A stretch of 64,000 nt of DNA, taken from positions 3,318 to 67,317 of the forward strand of contig CBFGRJ010000001.1 of the NCBI GenBank assembly GCA_965651135.1, in the 5' to 3' direction. The translations under genes were made by a program, and so were the position numbers. This DNA is from an uncultured Myxococcales bacterium (GTDB lineage: Bacteria; Myxococcota_A; Polyangia; Polyangiales; Polyangiaceae). This document shows positions 18,438-27,700 of the stretch, piece after piece. The first letter of the stretch is position 1. Every line of letters starts with the position of its first letter. The notes under the pieces were generated by a model that saw only the letters and a program-made list of their open reading frames with translations, searched no databases and was not told where the DNA came from.

Positions 18438-19292
18438 TCAATGGTGGAGCTGAATTTCTGCGAGCTTCATGCGCGCTTCGTTGATGTGCGCGCTGGTTGG
18501 AAAGCGTCGTATGAACGACCGCAGGGTATTTTTGGCGTCGTTCCAAGCTTCGATGTCTTCTTGAGCCAGCGCCAAAAGTAGTGTTGCATCGTCCATCACC
18601 TCTTTGTCGGCCGACGCTTCGCTCAGCTGCATCAGGATCGGAATGGCTTCACGCTGCTTGGCCAGCGACCGGAGCGCGCGTGCCAGCTGGTAATTGGCCT
18701 GTGGGCTATGGGCGGCATCCGCCTTGAACGCCAACGAGTCCCTCAGCGCTTGCTCCGCTTCGTGCCAGCGTGCGGTTCGAATGTGATCCAACCCCTCCTG
18801 GTACGCGATCAGAGACAATTCGTTCTGAGCTCGGTCGACCGCTGCTTCGAACACGGCCCGTTCCGTCTTGGTGAGCTTGAGCTTCGAAACTTCGGGGAAC
18901 TGCTTGATGATCTCGCGACGCTGATTCTTGACGATGAGATCGTAGTATTCGCCGGCTTTGCGACTGGCGCGGGTGTGGGCCTCGTCGCGAGACTGCGCGG
19001 CCTCCAGCTCCTTTTCGAGCTCCACCAGCTTGTCGCGGGTATCTTTACCTTGGGCGCGTACCGATTCGACCTGCGCGTCGATCGCCACTTTGGTCAGGAT
19101 CATGAGAACGGCCACGACGACGACGTACGCCGTGGCACTATTGAAAAAGATACGCCGTTCGTAGTTCTGCTGGCGCTTGGCAATGCTTTTCAGGTCGGCG
19201 GAGAGCGCGTTGACCAGGTTGTTCGTCTTGATGGTCAAAGACCGACTCTCTACGATCTCGCGTTTGATTTCTTCCAGCTCGTACTCGTCCAC
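18438..19292 (-). CDS. membrane-anchored coiled-coil / TPR-like protein
   Basis: One TM helix (SATAYVVVVAVLMILTKVAI), a coiled-coil stretch, then a TPR-like C-terminus. The track starts at GTG 19430. I prefer GTG 19292 (VDEYELEEIKRE) but the start is uncertain. Confidence 0.55.
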   Translation of the reverse strand: MDEYELEEIKREIVESRSLTIKTNNLVNALSADLKSIAKRQQNYERRIFFNSATAYVVVVAVLMILTKVAIDAQVESVRAQGKDTRDKLVELEKELEAAQSRDEAHTRASRKAGEYYDLIVKNQRREIIKQFPEVSKLKLTKTERAVFEAAVDRAQNELSLIAYQEGLDHIRTARWHEAEQALRDSLAFKADAAHSPQANYQLARALRSLAKQREAIPILMQLSEASADKEVMDDATLLLALAQEDIEAWNDAKNTLRSFIRRFPTSAHINEARMKLAEIQLHH

Positions 19293-19599
19293 TCTGCCCT
19301 GACTCTCTTGAGGTCGTGCCTTTGCGGTGCACCGGGACCTATCGCCTGCGCCAGCGAGGAGCAAGCCTCTGGCGGCAGGCGCCGCTGCTCGAGAACCGCG
19401 GCACCCACCCTCTACCCGGGGCGCCGCCACCCGTGGCGGATTCGGGATTGCGAGCTCCGAGTCGGCAACCAGGCGCTTTCAGGCACTTTTTGAGCCTCGA
19501 TTCGCGAGTGACACGAGCCGTGCGCCTGGACGTGACATGGGCGCCATATTTCGCTATCGAGGCGCTTGGCGCACACGCGCGTTCTTCTGCAGGAGCCTC

Positions 19600-20163
19600 A
19601 TGGAAACCAGTGACATCAAAAAGGGCGTGAAGATCATGATGGACGGTCAGCCGTACGTCGTGGTCGAGTTTCAGTTCGTCAAGCCGGGGAAGGGCCAGGC
19701 GTTCACGCGCACCAAGATGAAGAACCTTCTGACCGGTGGTAGTCTGGAACGCAACATCCGCTCCGGCGAAAAACTGGAACCTGCCGACGTCGTGGACACC
19801 ACGATGCAGTACATTTACCCGGAAGGGGACGGCTACGTCTTCATGAACCCGGATACTGGCGAGCAGATCACGGTGGGACAAGAAGCCGTGGGAGACGATG
19901 CCGGCTTTTTGATGGACGGCGCGTCGGTCGTGATCACGCTTTACAAGGGCCGTCCGGTGAGCATTACCCTGCCGCCGCACATCATCGTCCGCGTCGAAGA
20001 GACGGAGCCAGGGCTGAAAGGCGATACGGCCACCAATGTCACCAAGCCTGCCAAGATCGCGACGGGCGCCACAGTAGGGGTGCCCCTATTCATCAACGAG
20101 GGTGAGTGGATCAAAGTCGATACACGCACGCGCAGCTACCTCGAGCGCGCCAAAGAACCGTGA
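19600..20163 (+). CDS. efp: elongation factor P
   Basis: ATG 19600 is preceded by AGGAG. METSDIKKGVKIMMDGQPYVVVEFQFVKPGKGQAFTRTKMKN contains the conserved KPGKG loop. 187 aa. The track ORF (from 19327) is over-extended. Confidence 0.95.
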   Translation: METSDIKKGVKIMMDGQPYVVVEFQFVKPGKGQAFTRTKMKNLLTGGSLERNIRSGEKLEPADVVDTTMQYIYPEGDGYVFMNPDTGEQITVGQEAVGDDAGFLMDGASVVITLYKGRPVSITLPPHIIVRVEETEPGLKGDTATNVTKPAKIATGATVGVPLFINEGEWIKVDTRTRSYLERAKEP

Positions 20164-20173
20164 GGCGACGCTC

Positions 20174-22015
20174 TTAGTCCGAAACGGCGACCAAGGCCGC
20201 GCGCGTTCCGAAAACACACGCGACGTGGCGTCCGTCGTCGTCGATGGTGCATTGCGATAGCGCTTCGGCGGGGGTCTCGCTGGGCGCACGCCACAGTTCG
20301 GTGCGAGCGCTTCGAACGACGAGACCGAAACGGGTGGGCAGCACCAGCCACCGACCGTTCGGCGAGAGGGGGGAACCCTGCAGGCGCTCACTGGGCTGTT
20401 TGGGACCCACCCACGAGCCACCGGCCCATGCCACGAGCTGCTCTCCGCTCCAGCCAATCGGAACGGATGCGGGTTGGGTCAGCGCCGGTCCTCCTCGGCA
20501 ATTGCCGGGCCGCGGCGCAAGAACATCCGTGACTTGCTGCGTGGTCTGACCCTGTTCGTCGACGAAGCTCAGCGTGAGCTCGGAGCGGTCGCACGACTGC
20601 ACGGTTCCTGTCCAGCGCCGCCGTCCCGGCGACACCATCGCGAGCGCCCAAGCGGCAGGGGCAGGAGGGGGCAGGAACATAGGGGTGGGGCGAGGCTCGT
20701 CTTCGACCTGATGGCGCTCGGCGGCCGGCTGCGCTTCTAGCTTCGCTCCGTCTTTCGAGAACTCCAGGACGCCGCTCGCCGTCTGCACCAGCAGTGTGCC
20801 ACGGCTGGTGAAATCGAGCGGGCTCAGGCGTGGATACGTGCTGCGCCCCGGCAGCGTCACGTTCAACACCTTGACGAGACGGGTGTTCCTACGGCGCAAC
20901 TGGTCGCCCATGAGCGCCCACCGTCCTTCGAGCTCGCTGTCCGGTACGGGGTGCGCAAACCACGCGTCGCGAGTCAGCACGCCGATGGCCTCGAGGATTT
21001 CGTCGTTCTTGACCAACGCGGTGATCTCGGCTTGCGCTGCGCGGGAGAAGGTGGTGGTCAACCGACCACAGGGAAGACCAGCGCCGCTTTCGTCGAACAG
21101 GCGCGGGGTTCCCCCCTCGTCGCAGACGGCGCCGTACAGTCGCTTGAGGTTCCCGATCGCAGCTCGTACGGATTGACTGGTATTTTTTCCGCGGGCGCGT
21201 ACGAGCTCGGTGGAGGCGAGCCGGGCCAACGACACGCCCGGTTCGCTGTCATCTCTCGAAGCACCTGCCTCTCGGTCGTACCAGAGAAAGCGAGCGGTCG
21301 CGGTTCGCGAGGACGAGCTCTGGGTTTGCAACGTCACGTTCAGCGTCACATCGTCGCGACCGTCTGCATCTCGGTCAATCGAGCTGACCAAGAGCTTCAG
21401 CTGTTCACCGGGGGCGGCTTCTGCCGCACGCAACGCCAAGATCAGCGGGTGCTGTCGGAGCGGGGCAAGCACCGCAATGCTGCGAACCGGTGCGCGTGGA
21501 ATCAATCGAGCCTCGCAGCTGCCGAGGGTATCGAGCGTGACGGTATGCGGTCCGGTGTGCAGCAGCGACGTCTGCAGACTGCAGGTGGGTCCCGTCGGCA
21601 CGAATCCAGGCAATGCAAAGAGTTTTTTGGGTGTGCCTTGGCCGGGGTACAGCCAGAGCTCGGGCCGCTTCAGCGGATCGTCCTTGGGGACGATCCACGC
21701 CAGCGTTTCTTTCGAGTGATCCCCATCGAAATCGACCTGCAGCGCGCGCTCGATCTCGTAGCCCGGGCCCGCTTCGATGCGCACACCGCCGACATCCCAG
21801 GATTGGGCCTTGGCCCGAACCACGGCCTGCGTCGCCGCGAATGTGGCCGTGGGAGGGTCTTCCGCCTTGGGCGGTGGCTCCACAGGCTTGGGTGTTTCGC
21901 TCGGCAGCGCGGAGGCCACCTGGAACGGCGTGTAAGGGTGATCTTCTTTGCATGCCGTAGTGCACGCAAGGACCGCTGTCAGGGTGAGCCAAACCGGGGG
22001 TCTCGTCCCAATCAC
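20174..22015 (-). CDS. large lipoprotein, function unknown
   Basis: (M)IGTRPPVWLTLTAVLACTTAC lipobox. 613 aa with FG-GAP-like DxDGD stretches (VDFDGDHSKE, IDRDADGRDD). The GTG start directly abuts the TAG stop of the crotonase gene. Confidence 0.6.
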   Translation of the reverse strand: MIGTRPPVWLTLTAVLACTTACKEDHPYTPFQVASALPSETPKPVEPPPKAEDPPTATFAATQAVVRAKAQSWDVGGVRIEAGPGYEIERALQVDFDGDHSKETLAWIVPKDDPLKRPELWLYPGQGTPKKLFALPGFVPTGPTCSLQTSLLHTGPHTVTLDTLGSCEARLIPRAPVRSIAVLAPLRQHPLILALRAAEAAPGEQLKLLVSSIDRDADGRDDVTLNVTLQTQSSSSRTATARFLWYDREAGASRDDSEPGVSLARLASTELVRARGKNTSQSVRAAIGNLKRLYGAVCDEGGTPRLFDESGAGLPCGRLTTTFSRAAQAEITALVKNDEILEAIGVLTRDAWFAHPVPDSELEGRWALMGDQLRRRNTRLVKVLNVTLPGRSTYPRLSPLDFTSRGTLLVQTASGVLEFSKDGAKLEAQPAAERHQVEDEPRPTPMFLPPPAPAAWALAMVSPGRRRWTGTVQSCDRSELTLSFVDEQGQTTQQVTDVLAPRPGNCRGGPALTQPASVPIGWSGEQLVAWAGGSWVGPKQPSERLQGSPLSPNGRWLVLPTRFGLVVRSARTELWRAPSETPAEALSQCTIDDDGRHVACVFGTRAALVAVSD

Positions 22016-22819
22016 CTAACGCCCCTTGAACTCGGGTGGGCCGAGCTTGGCGAGAAATTGCTGCAAGCCGTGCCGGCCATCTTCGCTGTCGAACAAGGCA
22101 GAGAACGCCTGGGATTCCAGGGCGCAGGCGCTGCTCAAGGTCGGGTGCACGCCGGTGTTGATGACGCGCTTGGCGCTACCGACAGCCAGCGGTCCATTTT
22201 TGGCGATGCGCCGAGCGATCGCCTGAGCGCGCTCGACCACCTCTTCTTTGGGGACCACCTCGTTCGCGATTCCCAGCGCTTTTGCTTCGAGCGCTTTGAC
22301 GGAGTCTCCAGTAAACACCATCTGGCGCGCTCGGGCTACGCCCACGCGGCGTGCCAAACGCTGCGTACCTCCAAAGCCCGGAATCAAACCCAACTTCGTT
22401 TCGGGCAAGCCGAATACGGCGTTTTCGGCGGCGATCACGAAGTCTGCGGCGAGGGCGAGCTCGAAGCCGCCGCCCAAGGCGAAGCCTCGCACCGCGGCAA
22501 TGATGGGAAACGAGCAGCGTTCCATCGATTCGAACGTTCGAGTCCCCAGCTCGGCGAGGGCTAGGGCGTCACGGCTGCTCATCCCCGCCATTTGTTCCAC
22601 GTCCGCTCCGGAAGCGAAGGCTCGCTCCCCGGCCCCCGTAATGACTGCGGCTCGCGGCCGAGACGCCAGGTCCCCATTCAGCTCGGCCAAGAGGTCGCGA
22701 AGCTCCGCGAGCAGCTCGGTCGACAACGCATTGAGCTTGTCGGGCCGGTTCAGAGTAATGGTAGCGACCTCCGCATCGCGGTCGAGGAGCAAGGTCTGCA
22801 AAGAGCGAGGTTCCGTCAT
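22016..22819 (-). CDS. enoyl-CoA hydratase/isomerase (crotonase) family protein
   Basis: ITLNRPDKLNALS and the oxyanion-hole region AVITGAGERAFASGADV. 267 aa. Confidence 0.9.
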   Translation of the reverse strand: MTEPRSLQTLLLDRDAEVATITLNRPDKLNALSTELLAELRDLLAELNGDLASRPRAAVITGAGERAFASGADVEQMAGMSSRDALALAELGTRTFESMERCSFPIIAAVRGFALGGGFELALAADFVIAAENAVFGLPETKLGLIPGFGGTQRLARRVGVARARQMVFTGDSVKALEAKALGIANEVVPKEEVVERAQAIARRIAKNGPLAVGSAKRVINTGVHPTLSSACALESQAFSALFDSEDGRHGLQQFLAKLGPPEFKGR

Positions 22820-22846
22820 GGGAGCTCTGCCTGGTCGAAGTCGAGT

Positions 22847-23737
22847 TTAGCCGACCGAAGTGGGCGTGGCTTGCCCGCTCTCGTCGTACACGTAAAATCC
22901 GCGCCTCGATTTGCGCCCAAGCCAGCCGGCGGCAACTAGATTCCGCAGGAGCGGGGCAGGGCGATATTTGTCGTCCCCCAGCTCGCGGTGCAGCACTTCG
23001 GCGATGGAGAGCACCGTGTCTAGCCCGATCAGATCAGCCAGCTGCAGCGGGCCGAGCGGATGATTCAGCCCTAGCCGGGCTCCCTCGTCGATCGCCGAAG
23101 CGTCTCCAACGCCCTCTTCCAGCGCGAAGCAGGCTTCGTTCAGAAACGGGATCAGGATGCGATTGACGATGAATCCGGGGCGGTCCTTGCTGACGATGGT
23201 GGTTTTCTGCAGGGCTCGAGCGAAGGCCTGGGCGCGCTCGACGACTTTTGGATCGGTCTGTAGACCCGCGATGATTTCGACCAGCTTCATCAACGGGACC
23301 GGGTTCATGAAATGTAGGCCCACGACGCGCTCGGGCGCGGCGACCACCGACGCGATCTTGGTGATAGAAATGCTGGACGTATTGGAGGCGAGGAGAGTCT
23401 CCGGCGAAACCTGCTGACTCAGTTGCTTGAACAGCTCGAGTTTCAGGTCCAGGTTTTCGCTGGCTGCTTCGATCACCAGCTCGCCGTCGCGCTGAGCTTC
23501 TAGAGTGGTGGCGCGGAGGTTGTTCAGGGTGCGGTCCTTCGCGGCGCCCTCGAGCTGACCCTTGTGCACGAGGCGCTCCAGTCGGGCCTCGATACCGCGC
23601 ACGGCCTTCTCGGCGATTTCCAGCGAAATGTCGCTCAACGACACGGTGTAGTCGTGCATCGCCGCGACCTGGGCGATGCCGGCGCCCATTTGCCCGGCGC
23701 CGACGACCGCGACGTGTCGGATCTCGGGGTATGCCAT
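22847..23737 (-). CDS. 3-hydroxyacyl-CoA (3-hydroxybutyryl-CoA) dehydrogenase
   Basis: Rossmann motif VAVVGAGQMGAGIAQV and a C-terminal 3HCDH domain. ATG 23737 (MAYPEIRH) is preferred over the track GTG 23758. Confidence 0.9.
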   Translation of the reverse strand: MAYPEIRHVAVVGAGQMGAGIAQVAAMHDYTVSLSDISLEIAEKAVRGIEARLERLVHKGQLEGAAKDRTLNNLRATTLEAQRDGELVIEAASENLDLKLELFKQLSQQVSPETLLASNTSSISITKIASVVAAPERVVGLHFMNPVPLMKLVEIIAGLQTDPKVVERAQAFARALQKTTIVSKDRPGFIVNRILIPFLNEACFALEEGVGDASAIDEGARLGLNHPLGPLQLADLIGLDTVLSIAEVLHRELGDDKYRPAPLLRNLVAAGWLGRKSRRGFYVYDESGQATPTSVG

Positions 23738-23815
23738 GCGAGACTCGCCTACCCGCACCCGGTGCGATCTGCAAGCGTGGGGATTTCGAGCGGTCTGCGC
23801 TAGCCTCGGAGGCGA

Positions 23816-24676
23816 ATGGTCGGCAGTCGTCTCGATTCGGCCCTCCGCTTCGCGCTATTGGCCTGGTTCTTCCTGGCTTTGGCCTGCGCACGGCAGGGGC
23901 CCACCCCGCTGCAGCAAGCAACTCTGTTGGCCGACAAGGGCAGGCACGAGGAAGCCGAGGCGCTTCTCCGCGATCATTTGGTCGAACACCCGGACGCGAT
24001 CGCTGAGCGCCGCTTGTTGATTCGCGTCGTCGCGCTCAGCGGACGCATGGACCTCGTGGAGCGCGAGGTGGCTCGCTTGGCGCAACGTCTCAAGCCGAAC
24101 GATCCGACACCTTGGATCGAGCTGGGCCACGCGTTCGAGCTGAATCACCACTACGAACAGGCGCTCGAGATGTTCGATCGCGCTGCCGAACACAATCCCG
24201 CGGATCCGGCCGGCCCGTTGACAGGCGGTCTGCGCGCCGCGCGCTGGGGTGAGGTGGAGCTGGCAATGCCCCGGTTGGAAGAAGCGCTGCGACGCGATCC
24301 TTCCAACGCGAAAGCCTGGCATGCCTTGGGCCTGGTGCGCGTTCACCTGCGCGATCCGAGCGGTGCGAAAATCGCCTATGAATCGGGGTTGCAGGCGAAC
24401 CCGAAGAGTATCGAAAACCGAATCGGGCTGGCGACCCTTGCCTTCTCGTTGGACCAGCCAGAGCACGCATTGGCCCAGTACGACGCCATTCTGGCAGACC
24501 GGCCCGATTTTGCAGACGCACACTTGGGCCGATCCTTTGCGCTCATCAAGTTGGGGCGACTGTCGGATGCGCGCGAAGCGCTCGACACAGGTTACCGTCT
24601 CGGTGCAAACCCGGGTGTCGTCGCTCGGCAGCGAGCGCTGCTGGACCGGCTCGAAGCGCGACGCGGACCGTTCTAA
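23816..24676 (+). CDS. TPR-repeat lipoprotein
   Basis: MVGSRLDSALRFALLAWFFLALAC lipobox followed by about 6 TPR-like repeats (for example AKAWHALGLVRVHLRDPSGAKIAYESGLQANP). Confidence 0.75.
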   Translation: MVGSRLDSALRFALLAWFFLALACARQGPTPLQQATLLADKGRHEEAEALLRDHLVEHPDAIAERRLLIRVVALSGRMDLVEREVARLAQRLKPNDPTPWIELGHAFELNHHYEQALEMFDRAAEHNPADPAGPLTGGLRAARWGEVELAMPRLEEALRRDPSNAKAWHALGLVRVHLRDPSGAKIAYESGLQANPKSIENRIGLATLAFSLDQPEHALAQYDAILADRPDFADAHLGRSFALIKLGRLSDAREALDTGYRLGANPGVVARQRALLDRLEARRGPF

Positions 24677-24704
24677 ACCAAAGCGGATTCAGCGAGTTGC
24701 AGGC

Positions 24705-24733
24705 TTGTAACGCTTCGTGCCAGAGCGTAATCT
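24705..24733 (+). promoter_or_regulatory. candidate sigma-70-type promoter of the giant TPR gene
   Basis: TTGTAA (24705-24710), 17-nt spacer, TAATCT (24728-24733). Downstream lie a C6...A8...G5 segment (GGCCCCCCTTCGTCGTGATTTCACATAAAAAAAACGGGGG) and GGTGGAG just before ATG 24792. Confidence 0.3.
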
Positions 24734-24791
24734 GGCCCCCCTTCGTCGTGATTTCACATAAAAAAAACGGGGGACTCAATACGGGTGGAGA

Positions 24792-27700
24792 ATGGATTCT
24801 CAGACGGTCCGCACACTTCTAGGCAAACTCCAGGTAGACCCCGATTCCCAGGAAGACTGGGCAGAGCTGCGTCAGCAGGTGAGCCACCGAGCTGGCGATC
24901 TCGGCGAAGACGACTTTTTGCGCTTACTGGATGCTGCCCGCGAGCAACATCAGGCGCGCGGCGAGTGGGATGCGGTTCGCAAGCTCTTGGAAATTGCCAT
25001 CGCTCTGGTGGAGGGCACGCCTCGAGAAGCGCCTTTGGTTCGTGAGCACGCCCGCGTCTTGATCGAGGAGCTGCTGGATGACGACGGCGCTGCCGCCGAC
25101 TACGTGCGCTTGCTCGAGATCTCGCCGGACGATGCTGCCATCACGCAGGCATTGGAGGAGACGGAGCGCAAGCGCGAGCGCTACAAAGACCTGGTAAAAA
25201 GCTACGTTACCGAGGCCGAGGCGGCTCAGGACGACGTCTACAAGAGCTCCATGTTGATGCGGGCCAGCGAGATGGAGCTGCGCTTCGCCGGCGAAGAGGC
25301 CGATATCGATCGGATTATCGACAGGCTCGAGCAAGCGGTTCGCTTGGATCCGAGCAACGTCGGCGCCAGCAAGATGTTGGAGCGCGTGTATCGACGCAAC
25401 CAGCGTTGGGACGAAGTCGCGCGCGTCTTGGAACGCGTGGCCGATCGCAGTGAAGACGTGAACAGCAAGGCCGCGGCGGGTATTCGCTTGGCGCGCACCT
25501 ACCTGCACAAGCTGGGTGACAAGGACCGCGCCTCGCGAGCTTACGACCGAGTGCTCAGGGCTCGCCCCGACCATCGAGAAGCCAAGGAGTTCTTGGCCGG
25601 GTTTTACTCTGCCGAAGAACGTTGGGACGATTTGGTTCAGCTCTACGAAAACGATCTGAAGACGAAGGGCGCGGACAGCAAAGACACCGTCGGCGACATG
25701 TTTCAGATCGCGATGTTGCACTGGCGCAAGCGCGAAAGCCCGAGCGACGCCGAGCCGTGGTTCGAACGGATTCGCAAGATCGAGCCGGCGCACGAAGGCG
25801 TGTTGAACTTTTTTCGCGAATACTCTGCGGCATTGGACGACGACGCCCACTTGATCGACATTCTTAGCGCGGCGCAGAAAGCCGAGCGAGACAAGCAAAA
25901 GAAGACGGCGCTCGGCAAAGAGATCGCGAAGCTGGCCGAAGGTCAGAAGAACGCGCAAAAAGCCATCGAACAGTACAAGAGTATTCTGCGACAAGATCCG
26001 GATAATCAGGAAGCGCGCGAGGCGCTGAAGCGCCTTTACAAGCAGACGCAGGGCTACAACGCACTGGTCGAGCTGCTGCGCCAGCAGCTGGAGCGAACGC
26101 CTCAGGAGGCTTACGAGGAGCGGGTGGCCATTTTGCGCGAGGTGGCTACCGTCTACCGGCAGTATCTCAAGAGCGATACCGCGCTGGTCGCCGTGCTCAA
26201 TCAGATCGTGCAGCTCGATGACAAGCTCGACGAACACGACATTCTGGAAGTGCGTGAGCTCGTCTCGCTCTACGAGAAGCTGGGGCGCTATCGCGACCTG
26301 CTCACCAACCAGCAACGGTTGGCTCAATGGACGCCAGATCTGGACGAGAAAAAGGCCCTCTACCGAGCGGTAGCTCGGCGTTGGCTCGAGCAGTTTTCGA
26401 ACGTACAGAATGCCACGGAGGCTTATGCCGAGCTCTTGAAGATCGCGCCCGACGACGTCGAGGCTCGGGAGCGACTCGAGGAGCTCTACCGAAAGCGTAG
26501 GGCATGGCCGGCTCTATACGAGTTGTACGAATCCGAGTTGGAGACAGCAGAAGGCGCAGCCCGGTTGTCGCTGATGAAAGAGATGGCGCAGCTGGCTGCG
26601 GAACGGCTGAACCGCGGCAGCGACGCCGTACGCTTGTACAAGCAAATCTTGGACGCCGACCCCAGCAGAACGGATGTGCTCGATTCTTTGGAAAAGCACG
26701 CCGAACGCGCAAGGGACTGGGTCAACCTCGCCGATGCGCTCGAGCGCCGCGTCGAGTTGCTCGAAGACGACAAGCAAGCTCGCCTCGCAGTACTGCAAAA
26801 GCTAGGGTCGGTGTACGCCGATCATCTCTCCGCTCCTGACAAGGCCACTCAGGCTTGGCGTCGGGTGCTCGAGCTGCAGCCGGGGCATCATCGCGCCCTG
26901 CGGGTCTTGCGTGAAGCCTTTCTGCAAGAAGCCGACTACGACGGCCTGGAGGAGTTGTACGGGTCCCAACAAGATTGGGAAGGCTTGGCCGACGTCTTCA
27001 GCACGGCTGCGGATCGCGCGCGTGACGATGCGCAAAAGGTCGAGCTCAGCTACCGAGCCGCGGCGGTTTACGAAACCCGCCTCAACCAGCCGGACCGAGC
27101 CTTTCGCTCGTATGAGCGCATTCTGGCCGTCGACCCCGAGGACGTGAAGGCGGCGCGTGCCCTGATCCCGCTGTACGAGAAAGACGAGAAATGGAACCGC
27201 CTGCCGGCTCTGTACGAAGTCTTGCTCGACAAGGCGCAGACACCCGATGAGAAGGTGGAGCTCTTGAGCCGTTTGGTTCAGGTATCGGGCAGCCGCCTTG
27301 CCGACAAGAAGGCTGCAGCTTTGTATGCTCAGCAGGCGTACGCCATTGCTCCCGACAGCGATGCCGCGCTCGAGCTGCTCGAGCAGACCTGCCGTGCCGC
27401 CGGTGCCTGGGACGAGCTCGTGGCGTCGCTGGAGGCGAGGCTCGCCAGCGCAACACTGCCCAGCTCGCCCCCGCCGCCGAAGCGCAGGCGCCGCAGGAAG
27501 CGTGGTGCATCCGAGGCGCCGTCACAGCCGCCGAAGGCGGAAGGCATTACCTCCAGCGAGCGCCGCATGCTTAGCCTGAAGCTCGCCCGCGTCTACTCCG
27601 ACGAGCTGGGCAAGGTAGACCAGGCGATCGCGACGCTGAAAAAGCTTCTGGAACAGTCCCCTGCCGACACTGAAGCGGCGCACACGCTCGAGGCGATTCT

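Noticed and set aside
20951-22564. 537-aa plus-strand ORF antisense to the 613-aa lipoprotein and crotonase genes
   Set aside because: Same shadow-ORF signature (Arg/Gly-rich, no motifs). The minus-strand genes have a lipobox and crotonase motifs.
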